Assembly (NCBI RefSeq): GCF_006345805.1
Contig: NC_042998.1
Coordinates: 22,196,001-22,260,000 of the forward strand
DNA from: Octopus sinensis
Lineage: Eukaryota
Length of the DNA stretch: 64,000 bases
Reading direction: 5' to 3'
The notes beneath the pieces were generated by a model. The model searched no databases. It saw only the letters and a list, made by a program, of their open reading frames with translations, and was not told where the DNA came from. The position numbers and the translations under genes were made by a program. Numbering within the stretch: the first letter of the stretch is position 1; every line of letters begins with the position of its first letter. Positions 37,657-49,857 of the stretch are shown here, piece after piece.

Positions 37657-38489
37657 GTGAGTAATAAAATAATTGTTTGCCTTCTTTAATTTTTGTTATT
37701 ATCATTAATGTTATTTTTTATCATTATTATTATTATTAACGTGGCAAGTAAAATGGTGAGCTGGCTGAATTGTTAGCATGGTGGACAAAATGCTTAGCAG
37801 TATTTCATCTGTTGTTACATTCTGAGTTCAAATTTCACTGTGGTTGACTTTCCCTTTCATCCTTTCAGGGTCGATAAATTAAGTACCAGTGAAACACTGG
37901 GGTTGATATAATCGACTAGTCCCCTCCCCCCAAATTTCGGGCCTTGTGCGTTTAGTAGAAAAGATTATTATTATTGGAGATGTACTCGCATAGCAAGTGA
38001 TTTGATCTGAGATCATGTGCTGAAACGAAAACAATTGCAGTGTGGAAGGTGTTTGCAAGCCATTAAAGAAACACACAAAAGCCGTCTATGATCTTACTCT
38101 ACTCTTTTACTTGTTTCAGTCATTTCACTGTGGACAGGCTGGAGCACCGACTTTAGTTAAGCAAATCGACTCCAGGACTTATTCTTTGTAAGCCTAGTAC
38201 TTATTCTATCGATCTCTTTTGCCGAACTACTTAGTTACGGGGACGTAAACACACCAGCATCGGTTGTCAAGCGATGTTGGAGGACAAACACAGGCACACA
38301 AACATACACATACACACACATGTATACATATATATGATGAGCTTCTTTCAGTTTCCGTCTACCAAATCCACTCACTAGGCTTTGGTTGGCCTGAGGCTAT
38401 AGTAGAAGACACTTGCCCAAGGTGCCACGCAGTGGGACTGAACCTGGAAACATGTGGTTGGTAAGCAAGCTACTTACTACACAGTCACT

Positions 38490-38625
38490 CATACGCCTGT
38501 CTGTTTAGTTTGTTCACCACAATCATATCTAGTCTTCTTGCTTCAATTGTATGGCAAAACTTATTGGGGAAGGCCTTTAAAATCCTATAATTATTATTCT
38601 CCATCATAGCCTCTGATTTCTGTCC
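38490..38625 (-). mobile_element. R4/Dong-like LINE restriction-like endonuclease fragment
   Basis: ..HTIEARRLDMIVVNK.. resembles the RPD motif region of RLE-type non-LTR elements. Confidence 0.5.
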
Positions 38626-39779
38626 ATTCCACTTTGCTTTTGTTTTAAAACCACTCTGCTGGCACCATGTCAAAAGCACTGATGCTTGTGTCATGCAAAA
38701 AAATGTCCATTACACTCTGCAAAAGTGGTTTTGCTTAAGGAAGGGTATCCAACCATACAAAAACAGATGTCTGGAGCCTGGTGTAGCCCTCCAGTTTGCC
38801 AGCTTCTCTCAAACCATCCAACCCATGCCAGCAAGGAAAACCGATGTTAAATGATGGTGATGATCCCAATGCAGTCTGTTACTTAGAAAGTCATGCCTGC
38901 ATTTATACACTTTTTGTTATATGAGCGTGATCGTTACCAGTGTCGCCTTACTGGCAGCTGTGCCAGTGACATGTGTAAAAAGATTTGAACATGGCCGTTG
39001 CCAGTACTGCCTAACTGGCCCCCATGCTGGTGGCACGTAAAAGCACCCACTACACTCTCGGAGTTGTTAGCATTAGGAAGGGCATGCAGCTGTAGAAACT
39101 CTGCCAGATCAAGATTGGAGCCTGGTGCAGCCATCTGGTTCGCCAGCCCTCAATCAAATCGTCCAACCCATTCTAGCATGGAAAGCGGACGTTAAACAAT
39201 GATGATGATGAAACCACCATATGCTATATTATTTAACAGACATCATATTCTGAGGTTTGGTGTCAAAAAGTCTTCTCAAATCTCAAGAATTTATTTTTTG
39301 AGGATTTCATGAAACTTTAAGGTAGAATAAAACTAAAACGTCCCTTACCTGAAAAAAAAAAAAACTGATAAGGGTTTGCAGCAGAAAGGGCATCAATAAC
39401 AAGTATTCATCTGATCCATGCTAGCATGAAAACCAGGCGTAAAACAAACAAATTTAGCTCGGAATGTGTATGGCCATGCTGATAATCCTTGCAACTTAAA
39501 CCAGATATTAAAAAACATTAATAAAATCACTATTAAAAATGTTCATCCTTGCAGCATGTTTTTCTCAAGTGCTTAATTAATCAGCTTTTATTTTATTTTC
39601 AGTCTCCAAACATTATTCCTGTTTTTTTTTCAGTCATTAACATTTTATTAAGATTATTATATTATTAGTTTTGAAACCATTGTTATTTTATAATAATAAT
39701 AATAGCATCTAAGGTTACTTGTTAGGAATTTTTTCTTTTCCAACAGTCTAATCTGTTGTGTGTATTTGAATAATAATAA

Positions 39780-40060
39780 TATCTAGGAGTTATGACAAAA
39801 CCTGTGATAAAAAGAAAAATAAAGATTATTATTATTATAATTATCATCAATATTATTATTATTATTATGATTATTATGATTATTATTATCATCAATATTA
39901 TTATTATTATTATCATCAATATTATTATTATTATCATCAATATTATTATTATTATTATTATTATTATCAATATCATTATTATTATCACCAATATTATCAC
40001 CATCATCATTATTATTATTATGGTTATCATTATTATTATTATTATTATTAATATTATATT
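39780..40060. repeat. (ATT/ATC)n tract abutting the exon 5 acceptor
   Basis: Direct reading; source of the poly-Ile ORFs. Confidence 0.95.
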
Positions 40061-40065
40061 TCTAG

Positions 40066-40209
40066 ATTCTTTCTGTTGAACCTTCGGGCTTAGCTGGCAG
40101 ACAAGGTATGCAATCAACTCCAGGTAACAAGACGAAAGATAAACTGAATCACTGGGTATTCACAGAAATTAACAGTCGACCATTGAATCTGTTTGCAAAT
40201 TACACACAG
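40066..40209 (+). CDS. PLEKHS1-like: Exon 5 (144 nt, phase 0-0); core of second PDZ-like domain
   Basis: Acceptor tatttctAG at 40064-65, donor cag|GTaaga at 40210. ILSVEPSGLAGRQGM...NHWVFTEINSRPLNLFANYTQ has the PDZ-like V.P.GLA...G and EIN..PL motifs. Not in the ORF track. Confidence 0.85.
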
Positions 40210-42296
40210 GTAAGATTCTGAAATTTATTGCCAAATTCATCAATTTTAAAATTCAGGTAGCGAATTGGTGCAAAAGTGCAGTTGTTGGCTTGTGGTTAAC
40301 AGGTTTGCTTTGTGTCCATTTAGAGCAGAAAATTATATATATATTTAGTCATCATCATCATTATCATTGTTTAACGCCTGTTTTCCATGCTAGCATGGGT
40401 TCGACAGTTTGACTGGGGACTGGCAAGCCAGGAGGTCGCACCTGGCTCTGATCTGACAATGTTTCTACTGCTGGATGCTCTTCCTAATGCCAACTACTCT
40501 GAGAGTGTAGCGGGTACCTTTTAGGTGCCACTGGCATGGAATCCAGTCAGGCGGCACTGGCATCGGCCACATTCTGCTGGGGCTATTTACATGCCATCAG
40601 CACAGGATTCAGTCAGGGCAAGCGACCACGTTTGGATGGTGTTTTTTATGTGCCATATATATATAGCATAGCTGTGTGGTAAGAAGCTTGCTTCCCAAAT
40701 ACATGGTTGCAGGTTCAGTCCTTTGCATGGCACCTTGGGAAACTCTTCTATAATAGTCTCAGGTTAACCAAAGTCTTGTGAGTGGATTTGGCAGATGGAA
40801 ACTGAAAGACACCTGGCGTGTATGTATGTATCTCTTGACATTACACATCCAGCAGATCATACTAGCTTCATTTCTTTCAAGCCTACACATGTCCTCAGCA
40901 GTCATGGCCTATGTTTCACTGCTGTGTAGCCTAGCAGTTTGCACACATGCTGGATACGGTCTACCTTTCATCCTGAGTGAGAGGCCCTTTACTTGTCAGC
41001 AGAGGTAGGAGCTCCCTAAACTTTACCCAAGCTATTCTTATATACATACATACATATATCATCATCATCGTTTAACGTCCGCTTTCCATGCTAGCATGGG
41101 TTGGACGGTTCAACTGGGGTCTGGGAAGCCAGAAGGCTGCACCAGGCCAGTCAGATCTGGCAGTGTTTCTACAGCTGGATGCCCTTCCTAACACCAACCA
41201 CTCCGTGAGTGTAGTGGGTGCTTTTTACGTGCCAGACGAGGCTGGCAAATAGCCACGATCGGATGGTGCTTTTTACATGCCACCGGCACGGAGGCCAGTC
41301 GGGGCGGCGCTGGCAACGGCCACATTCGGATGGTTCTCTTACGTGCCACCGGCACTGGTATCACAGCTATAATTTCCATTGATGTTGATCAGTTCAGTAA
41401 TATTTAGATTCAGATGAATATGGTACTTAAGTTGAAGGCACCAGAATTTCATATGGTATTATCCATATAATTTAAAATAAGGTGATTAAAATCAAAATAA
41501 ACAACCAAGATATCCAGAGGTAATGCAGTATGATCGTTTCATGCAACTCCATTTAATTGAACAATGCAAACATTACATCAATTTAGTATGAAGGTATGAA
41601 ATTTATAGAGATATATGATATAGAGTAATACTGTAAATAAATAAATGACTAGTTTTAAAATAAAATAAAAAAATAAGAAAAGAAAAAAATATAATCATTT
41701 GTAGAACATTATAGACACTGGGTAAAATGGTTTATATACCAAAACTATGGTAAGGTATATTTAGCTTATTTACATCATAGATTTCATACTCAGCTTATAT
41801 AAACTATGCTGGTATATTCACTATTTATAATAAAAGAAATATGCTTAGACTAAAATTGTTAATATTTATATATAAATTTTTAACATATTCCTTTAACTTA
41901 ATTTTCCTTTATTAATACCAATAATTACCATTTAATAAATAATTATAGAGATATGTTAAGTTAGTATTTAAATATATAAATATGGAATTATTTTTATATT
42001 TTCTGTCCCTCTATTGTGTAAAATTTTTGATATATACTGAAAGTATTCAGAAATATTCTTCTCAGTATTCTTTAGATTAACTCTAAAATGTATCTCTTTT
42101 ACTCTTTTACTTGTTTCAGTCATTTGACAGCGGCCATGCTGGAGCACCGCCTTTAATCGAGCAACTCGACTCCGGGCCTTATTCTTTTGTAAGCCCAGTA
42201 CTTATTCTATCGGTGTCTTTGCCAAACCGCTAAGTAACGGGGACATAAACACACCAGCATCGGTTGTCAAGCGATGTTGGGAGGGGACAAACACAG

Positions 42297-42353
<57 letters not shown>

Positions 42354-43113
42354 ATACACACACATATATATGACGGGCTTCTTTCAGTTTCCGTCTACCA
42401 AATCCACTCACAAGGCTTTGGTCAGCCTGAGGCTATAGTAGAAGACACTTGCCCAAGGTGCCACGCAGTGGGACTGAACCCGGAACCATGTGGTTGGTAA
42501 ACAAGCTACTTACCACACAGCCACTCCTGCGCCTGTGTATATACAAATAACAAAATTGTTTTATAGTAGATAAATGTACTGCTACTATATGTAATCATTC
42601 TCTCTGTCCCATAAGCATTGGTCTCCAAAATTAGCAGCTAAAATCTTGTCTGAAGTATATTCTTACTGAACCAAATGGCTTTGCTTCAAAGAAATCTTGG
42701 TTTATGACTTTGCCACTTATATTGTCTACCTATCCATAAATGATACTACACCTGGTCTTCTTTTAGATTTGAGAAACTAGCCTATTAGTTAAAACTGACC
42801 CCCCACCCCAATTAGTAAATCTAAATATCAGAAATAATCAGTGAAAAGCAGTGTCTTTTTTGAAAAAATCTCATTTACAACTGTGATGTTGGTGAAACAT
42901 GTTCTTTGTCTATCTCCTTATCCTCTTGGCGACTTTGGATTAAAAAAATTTTACAAATGAGTCCTTTGAATTTAACTAAATTCTGTATTTTAATGCAGCT
43001 GAAAATTGCTCTACATTTTAAACTGATGTAATGTTTGCATTGTTCAATTAAATGGAGTCGCATGAAACAATCATACTGCATTACCTCTTGATATCCTTGT
43101 TGCTTATTTTGAT

Positions 43114-43119
<6 letters not shown>

Positions 43120-43175
<56 letters not shown>

Positions 43176-44246
43176 TATCACACACATGCATACATATACA
43201 CACACACAGTAATCCCTTGACATGTGAAGATGCATGGCTCAGTGGTTATAGCACCGATTTTACGACCGTGAGGTTGTGAGTTCGAATCCCGGACCGGGCT
43301 CAGTGTTGTGTTCTTGAGCAAGAAAGACACTTTATTTCACGTTGATCCAGTTCACTCAACTGAGTCAAAGCAAATGCAATTAAACAGGCTTAATGCTGAG
43401 CAACATAAGATTTATTCCTGCAAATTTGAATGAGAAATTCAAAGGTATGTGGATGCCATGAATGATTTCACAAATGTTCAATATGCACACCACATGCCAA
43501 GTTGGTAGTCTAAATTCTCCATAACATGCTGCAGCATGTCTTGGGTAACATTCTCCAGTGTGGTAGTGATTCTCTGCTCGAGGTCCTCTAGGTTTGCAGG
43601 AAGAGCGGGGGACATAGATCAGGCCCTTCACATAGCCCCAGGTTTGCGCTTTCGCTTGTCATCTGCCGTTATGGCCTGAATGAGCTGCAGTTTGTAGGTT
43701 TCAGTAGCAAGCATTTCCTCAGGATGTGCCAAACTATCGTTGGAGGAATCTGGGTTTCCAGACTTGTCTTCTTATGGACTTCTTGTATTTGGCGAAGCCG
43801 CTCGACCATCTCTTCCGATGTTAGTGGTCGTCCAGATCCTTTTGCCCTGTACAAACAGCCTTCCTCTTTTAATTTTTTGTGCCTTGTCCAAATCTGCATT
43901 GCCGTTGGTGATTTTTTAGAGAACTCTCTCACAAATGCACAATGCACAGCCTTGTTCCACTGTGTCCGAGTATACTCCAACACACAAAATGCTTTTCTCT
44001 CTTCCAGTGAATGCTATATCTATACTCTTTTACTCTTTTCAGTCAGCTGACAGTGGCCATGCTGGAGCACCGCCTCTTTTTAGTCGAGCAAATCAATCCC
44101 AGGACTTTGTTCGCGCCCACTACGCCCCGGTCTCTTTTGCCAAACTGCTAAGTTATGGGGATATAAACAAACCAGCATCGGATGTCAAGCGATGTTGGAG
44201 GTACAAACAGACACACAAACATATACACACACACACATACGTATAT

Positions 44247-44300
<54 letters not shown>

Positions 44301-45362
44301 TATCACACACATGCATACATATACACACACACAGTAATCCCTTGACATGTGAAGATGCATGGCTCAGTGGTTATAGCACCGATTTTACGACCGTGAGGTT
44401 GTGAGTTCGAATCCCGGACCGGGCTCAGTGTTGTGTTCTTGAGCAAGAAAGACACTTTATTTCACGTTGATCCAGTTCACTCAACTGAGTCAAAGCAAAT
44501 GCAATTAAACAGGCTTAATGCTGAGCAACATAAGATTTATTCCTGCAAATTTGAATGAGAAATTCAAAGGTATGTGGATGCCATGAATGATTTCACAAAT
44601 GTTCAATATGCACACCACATGCCAAGTTGGTAGTCTAAATTCTCCCTAACATGCTGCAGCATGTCTTGGGTAACATTCTCCAGTGTGGTAGTGATTCTCT
44701 GCTCGAGGTCTCTAGGTTTGCAGGAAGAGCGGGGGACATAGATCAGGCCCTTCACATAGCCCCAGGTTTGCGCTTTCGCTTGTCATCTGCCGTTATGGCC
44801 TGAATGAGCTGCAGTTTGTAGGTTTCAGTAGCAAGCATTTCCTCAGGATGTGCCAAACTATCGTTGGAGGAATCTGGGTTTCCAGACTTGTCTTCTTATG
44901 GACTTCTTGTATTTGGCGAAGCCGCTCGACCATCTCTTCCGATGTTAGTGGTCGTCCAGATCCTTTTGCCCTGTACAAACAGCCTTCCTCTTTTAATTTT
45001 TTGTGCCTTGTCCAAATCTGCATTGCCGTTGGTGATTTTTTAGAGAACTCTCTCACAAATGCACAATGCACAGCCTTGTTCCACTGTGTCCGAGTATACT
45101 CCAACACACAAAATGCTTTTCTCTTCCAGTGAATGCCATATCTATACTCTTTTACTCTTTTCAGTCAGCTGACAGTGGCCATGCTGGAGCACCGCCTCTT
45201 TTTAGTCGAGCAAATCAATCCCAGGACTTTGTTCGCGCCCACTACGCCCCGGTCTCTTTTGCCAAACTGCTAAGTTATGGGGATATAAACAAACCAGCAT
45301 CGGATGTCAAGCGATGTTGGAGGTACAAACAGACACACAAACATATACACACACACACATAC

Positions 45363-45400
<38 letters not shown>
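43120..45400. repeat. Near-identical tandem duplication of a ~1.12-kb unit bounded by (TA)n tracts
   Basis: cagtaatccc at 43207 and 44332 (offset 1125); acgtatat marker offset 1122. About six differences, mostly homopolymer/dinucleotide indels. Confidence 0.93.
43460..44005 (-). mobile_element. Internally deleted Tc1/mariner-type (DUF4817-HTH) transposase remnant; duplicate at 44585-45135
   Basis: EKAFCVLEYTRT...KEEGCL...KGSGRPLTSEEMVE...IPPTIVWHILRK joined directly to the C-terminal WGYVKGLIYV.. segment. The catalytic core is absent. Confidence 0.8.
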
Positions 45401-48400
45401 GCCAGACTTCTTTCAGTTTCTGTCTACCAAATCCACTCACAAGGCATTGGTCGGCCCGGGGCTATAGCAGAAGACACTTGCCCAAGGTGCCACGCAGTGG
45501 GACTGAACCCGGAACCATGTGGTTGAGAAGCAAGCTTCTTACCACACAGCCACACCTGTGCCTATATATGTATATATATTATGAAATAAGCTAGATAGAT
45601 ATATAAGTATCATATTGGCCGATGTATCTTTTCTTAAATGTTAAAGAAAACAGTGAAACTTATAAAATAGTGAAACATGACAGACAAAAATAACAAAAGA
45701 AAATTAAATAACTTCTAGAATATATGAAAGACCAAAATAAATAATGAAATAACGTTAAAATAATGAAATAACGTTAAAATGTTCAATAACTTTTAAACAT
45801 TTATAACGAAAAAAAAAAAATAATTCAAAGTTGTGAAATGCGAAAACAATTTGTTGTTTTTTGTTTCATATTTCTGAACATTTGTGTAATTTCTATAAAA
45901 TGATAATTACTATACCAGTATCGTCATGACAACGAAAAGTGATTGTAAGTTTAGACTGGTTGGTAACAGAAGTGACAATGAAATGAATATGTTTAATGAT
46001 AGAGACAAGGTAAAGGAGAGAAGGTGATTCTTGCAGGGAAAGAGAGAGAGAGGGGGTGAGGTGGAGAGGGGTGGTGGGGGGGGTAGAGCTGTGGTATTCA
46101 AAACAGACAATAAAAGCGACAGTTTTATTCAAATATATTGAAATCAGAAATTTCAAGATTTTTGTCATCGTTTCAGTTTCATCCAAAAGTTATTTAGAGT
46201 TTTTGATTTCGTATATAAATAAATGCGATTTGTGTGACAATCATTCTATACCTTGTATAGAAGATGAAAATAGTAACATCACCTACAGGATACAAATGCT
46301 GTGCCTATTGTAAAACCATATAATCAACACCGGATTAGCATTAAGCAAAATAAGCATGTACTGAGAAAGACAACATAGATACGGTAAATGGTCTACAGCA
46401 CAAAAGAAATTCCTTTACTCTTTTACTTGTTTCAGTCATTTGACTGCGGCCATGCTGGAGCACCGCCTTTAGTCGAGCAAATCGACCCCAGGACTTATTC
46501 TTTGTAAGCCCAGTACTTATTCTATCGGTCTCTTTTGTCGAACCGCTAAGTGACGGGGACGTAAACACACCAGCATCGGTTGTCAAGCAATGCTAGGGGG
46601 ACAAACACACACACACAAACATATACACATATATACGACAGGCTTCTTCCAGTTTCCGTCTACCAAATCTACTCACAAGGCATTGGTCGGCCCGGGGCTA
46701 TAGCAGAAGACACTTGCCCAAGATGCCACGCAGTGGGACTGAACCCGGAACCATGTGGTTGGTTAGCAAGATACTTACCACACAGCCACTCCTGCACCTT
46801 TAACCCTTCATTTTTGAACTGGCTAAAATATTCTGCCTGTTTTATGTTTAAACCAGCCAGATCTGGTCTCTTATTCTAGTACTAAACATTGGCCTCTTAT
46901 TCTAGGACTACACTATCATATCATCAAAATCTCAAAGCTACAAAATAACACATGAATAATTTTTAGAAAATGTTAATAGATAAGCATGATGGTTGATAGA
47001 GCAATCTGAATACTAAAGGGTCAAACATCATCATTTTTTAACGTCCGTTTTCTATGCTGGCATGGGTTGGACGGTTCGACCGGAGTCTTGGAAGCCAGAA
47101 GGCTGCACCAGGCTCCAGTCTGATCTGGCAGTGTTTCTACAGCTGGATGCCTTTCCTAACACCAACCACTCTGAGAGTGTAGTGGGTGCTTTTTTTGTGC
47201 CACCGGCACAGGGGCCAGAAGAGGCTGGCAATGGCACCAACCAGTTGGTGCTTTTTATGTGCCACCAGCTCAGAAGCCAGTCAAGGTGGCGCTGGCATCG
47301 GCCATGTTCGGTTGGTGCTTTTTACGTGCCATCAACACTGGTATCACAACTACAGTTTCCATGCTAAAATAATATTCAAAGTGGTTTATATTAGCAGAAA
47401 TATAATTTCAGTTTTCGCCTCGACTGGCTTCCGTGTCGGTGGCACGTAAAAAGCACCATCCGAATCGTGGCCAAAGCCAGTGCCGCCTCGACTGGCTTCC
47501 GTGCAGGTGGCACGTAAAATGCACCAATCCGACCGTGGCCGATGCCAGCCTCGCCTGGCACCAGTGCAGGTGGCACGTAAAAAGCACCCACTACACTCAC
47601 GGAGTGGTTGGCATTAGGAAGGGCATCCAGCTGTAGAAACATTGCCAGATAAGACCGGAGCCTGGTGCAGCCTTCTGGCTTCCCAGATCCCCAGTCGAAC
47701 CGTCCAACCCATGCTAGCATGGAGAATGGACGTTAAACGATGATGATGATGGCATCATAATGAGGATCTGATGAAAGACTTTGAAATCAAAAAAAGTAGG
47801 AGAAAAATTTTCAAATATAAATTAAGTGGAAGTATATACAAAAATAAACATTATTTTACTGATAGTTTTGTTTCATTTTGAAAAATAGAAATTTATCTTA
47901 TGGTTTATTATTGTTTATTTTTTTAATTAGATATATATGGGCATAACCAGCCCTCTCAAAACTACCTTGGAGCGTAGGGTGGCATGCCATGCTTGAGGAG
48001 ACCTATTAAGTCAAGTACATCAACATCAGCAATATCAAAATCAAATCAGGTAGAAATTGTAGTTGTGAGCCCCGTGCCAGTAGCAGGTAAAATGCACCAT
48101 CTGACTGTGACCGATGCCAGTGCCGCTTTGACTGGCTTCCATGCCGGTGGCATGTAAAAAAAAAAAACCATCTGATCATAGTTGATGCCAGCTCCTCTGG
48201 GCAAATGTCTTCTACTACAGCCTTGGGCTATATAGTAGAAGACCAGTATGTAAGTGGATTTCAGTGACAGAAACTGAAAGAATCCTGTTGAATGTGTGTG
48301 TGTGTGTGAGTGAGTGTGTGTATCTGTGTATTTATGAGTGTGTGTCTTTGAGTCTGTATTCGTCCCCAACCTCCACCATTTGACAACCTATGTTTGTGTG

Positions 48401-48755
48401 TTTATGTCACTGTAACTTATTCTATTAGCAGTTCAGCAAAAGGGACTAAGTACAAGGCTTAAGAAATGAGTTCTGGGGTAAATTTGTTCGTCTGTAAACC
48501 CTTCAAGGTGTTGCCCCAGCATGGCCACAGTCAAATGACTGAGACAAGTAAAAAAAATTAAAGAATATATGAATATACGCAGTATTAAGACAAAAAGAGA
48601 GTTGCATGTTTTGTGTATAAGTTTTCAAGTATTTTTAATGCATTTTTTTCCTCCATACTGACACACACAAAAATGGTTTGCATGTCTGAATATGTATTTC
48701 TTTGGCATTGCAATTATGTATTTATCTGTGTGTTTGTGTGTTTTGTATATGCATA

Positions 48756-49021
48756 CAGTAATCCTTCAACTATCGTGGGTGTTACATTCCAAAACTTCCC
48801 ACAGAAATGATTAAAATCTAAAGAAATATAAAGACCTATTGGCTGCAGAAACCCGTGAAATACTAAAGAGTCCATGATATAAATTTCATTATATTAACTA
48901 GAAATATCTGCGATGTACTGAGTGCGCAATAGGTGAACCGTGATGCGCTGAGAGCGCGACAGGTAAACCGCAATGTACCGAGTGTGTGACAGATGAACCG
49001 TGATATGGCAAGGAATTACTG
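48756..49021. mobile_element. pogo/Tigger-like MITE
   Basis: TA-CAGTAATCCTT...AGGAATTACTG-TA termini, with three internal ~33-bp repeats (gtgaaccgtgatg). Confidence 0.75.
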
Positions 49022-49731
49022 TATGCATGCTGATTCACAGTTCAAAAACAACATTCGAGCGAGGTCGTTGCCAGTGCCACTGGACTGGCTCCTATGCAGG
49101 TGGCACATAGAAAACACCACTTGAGCATGGCCGTTATCAGTACCACCTGACTGGCCCTTGTGCCAGTGGCATGTAAGAGCACCCACTACACTCTCGGAGT
49201 GGTTGGCGTTAGGAAGGGCATCCAGCTATAGAAACTCAGCCAGATCAAGATTGGAGCCTGGTGCAGCCATCTGGTTCACCACTCCTCAGTCAAATCGTCC
49301 AACCCATGCTAGCATGGAAAGCGGACGTTAAATGGTGATGATGATGATGATGCATGAGTATATGCTCATACATCTATGAGAATATATCTCTGTTTTTATC
49401 TACCAATGCCATAATACCATACATGATGGTGTATAAAATGGGAATGAAAATTTATCATGCATCTAATGGAACTGTAAAATGGATGGGACACCACATGTAT
49501 GAATGCATGAAGAAACATTAAATTGCTTTCTTCCTCAAAGTATATTAGCCCTATGCAAGTGTACATCATATACATTAGCAAATATGGTACCCCAAAATAT
49601 GGTACCCCAAAATATGGTACCTCAGCTTTTGTATTCAATGATTATATTTTTTCCCCTTATATCTACTGTATTCAATGCTTATATTATTTCCTTATATTTA
49701 TTATATATTTGATGTTTATATTTTTTCGCAG

Positions 49732-49857
49732 GTGACCGACCGTTTAAATTCTGTTGGCATGGATATATCATTTGTTGTGCAACCATCAGATTTCATCAAA
49801 CAGCTCAGAAAACAGCTCAAGAAAATGAGTAATTTCACAGACTACTGTCTCGGTTAA
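49732..49857 (+). CDS. PLEKHS1-like: Terminal coding exon 6 with TAA stop
   Basis: Acceptor ttttttcgcAG at 49730-31. VTDRLNSVGMDISFVVQPSDFIKQLRKQLKKMSNFTDYCLG* completes the second PDZ-like fold in phase 0. Exon lengths sum to 2763 nt = 921 codons. Confidence 0.82.
   Translation: MTDRLNSVGMDISFVVQPSDFIKQLRKQLKKMSNFTDYCLG

Noticed and set aside
39722-40117. Poly-Ile ORFs on both strands
   Set aside because: (ATT/ATC)n tract.
47760-47790. CTGATGA...GAAA spacing suggestive of a hammerhead
   Set aside because: Only a 3-bp A-U stem II, no stem III or UH triplet, and no stem I partner.
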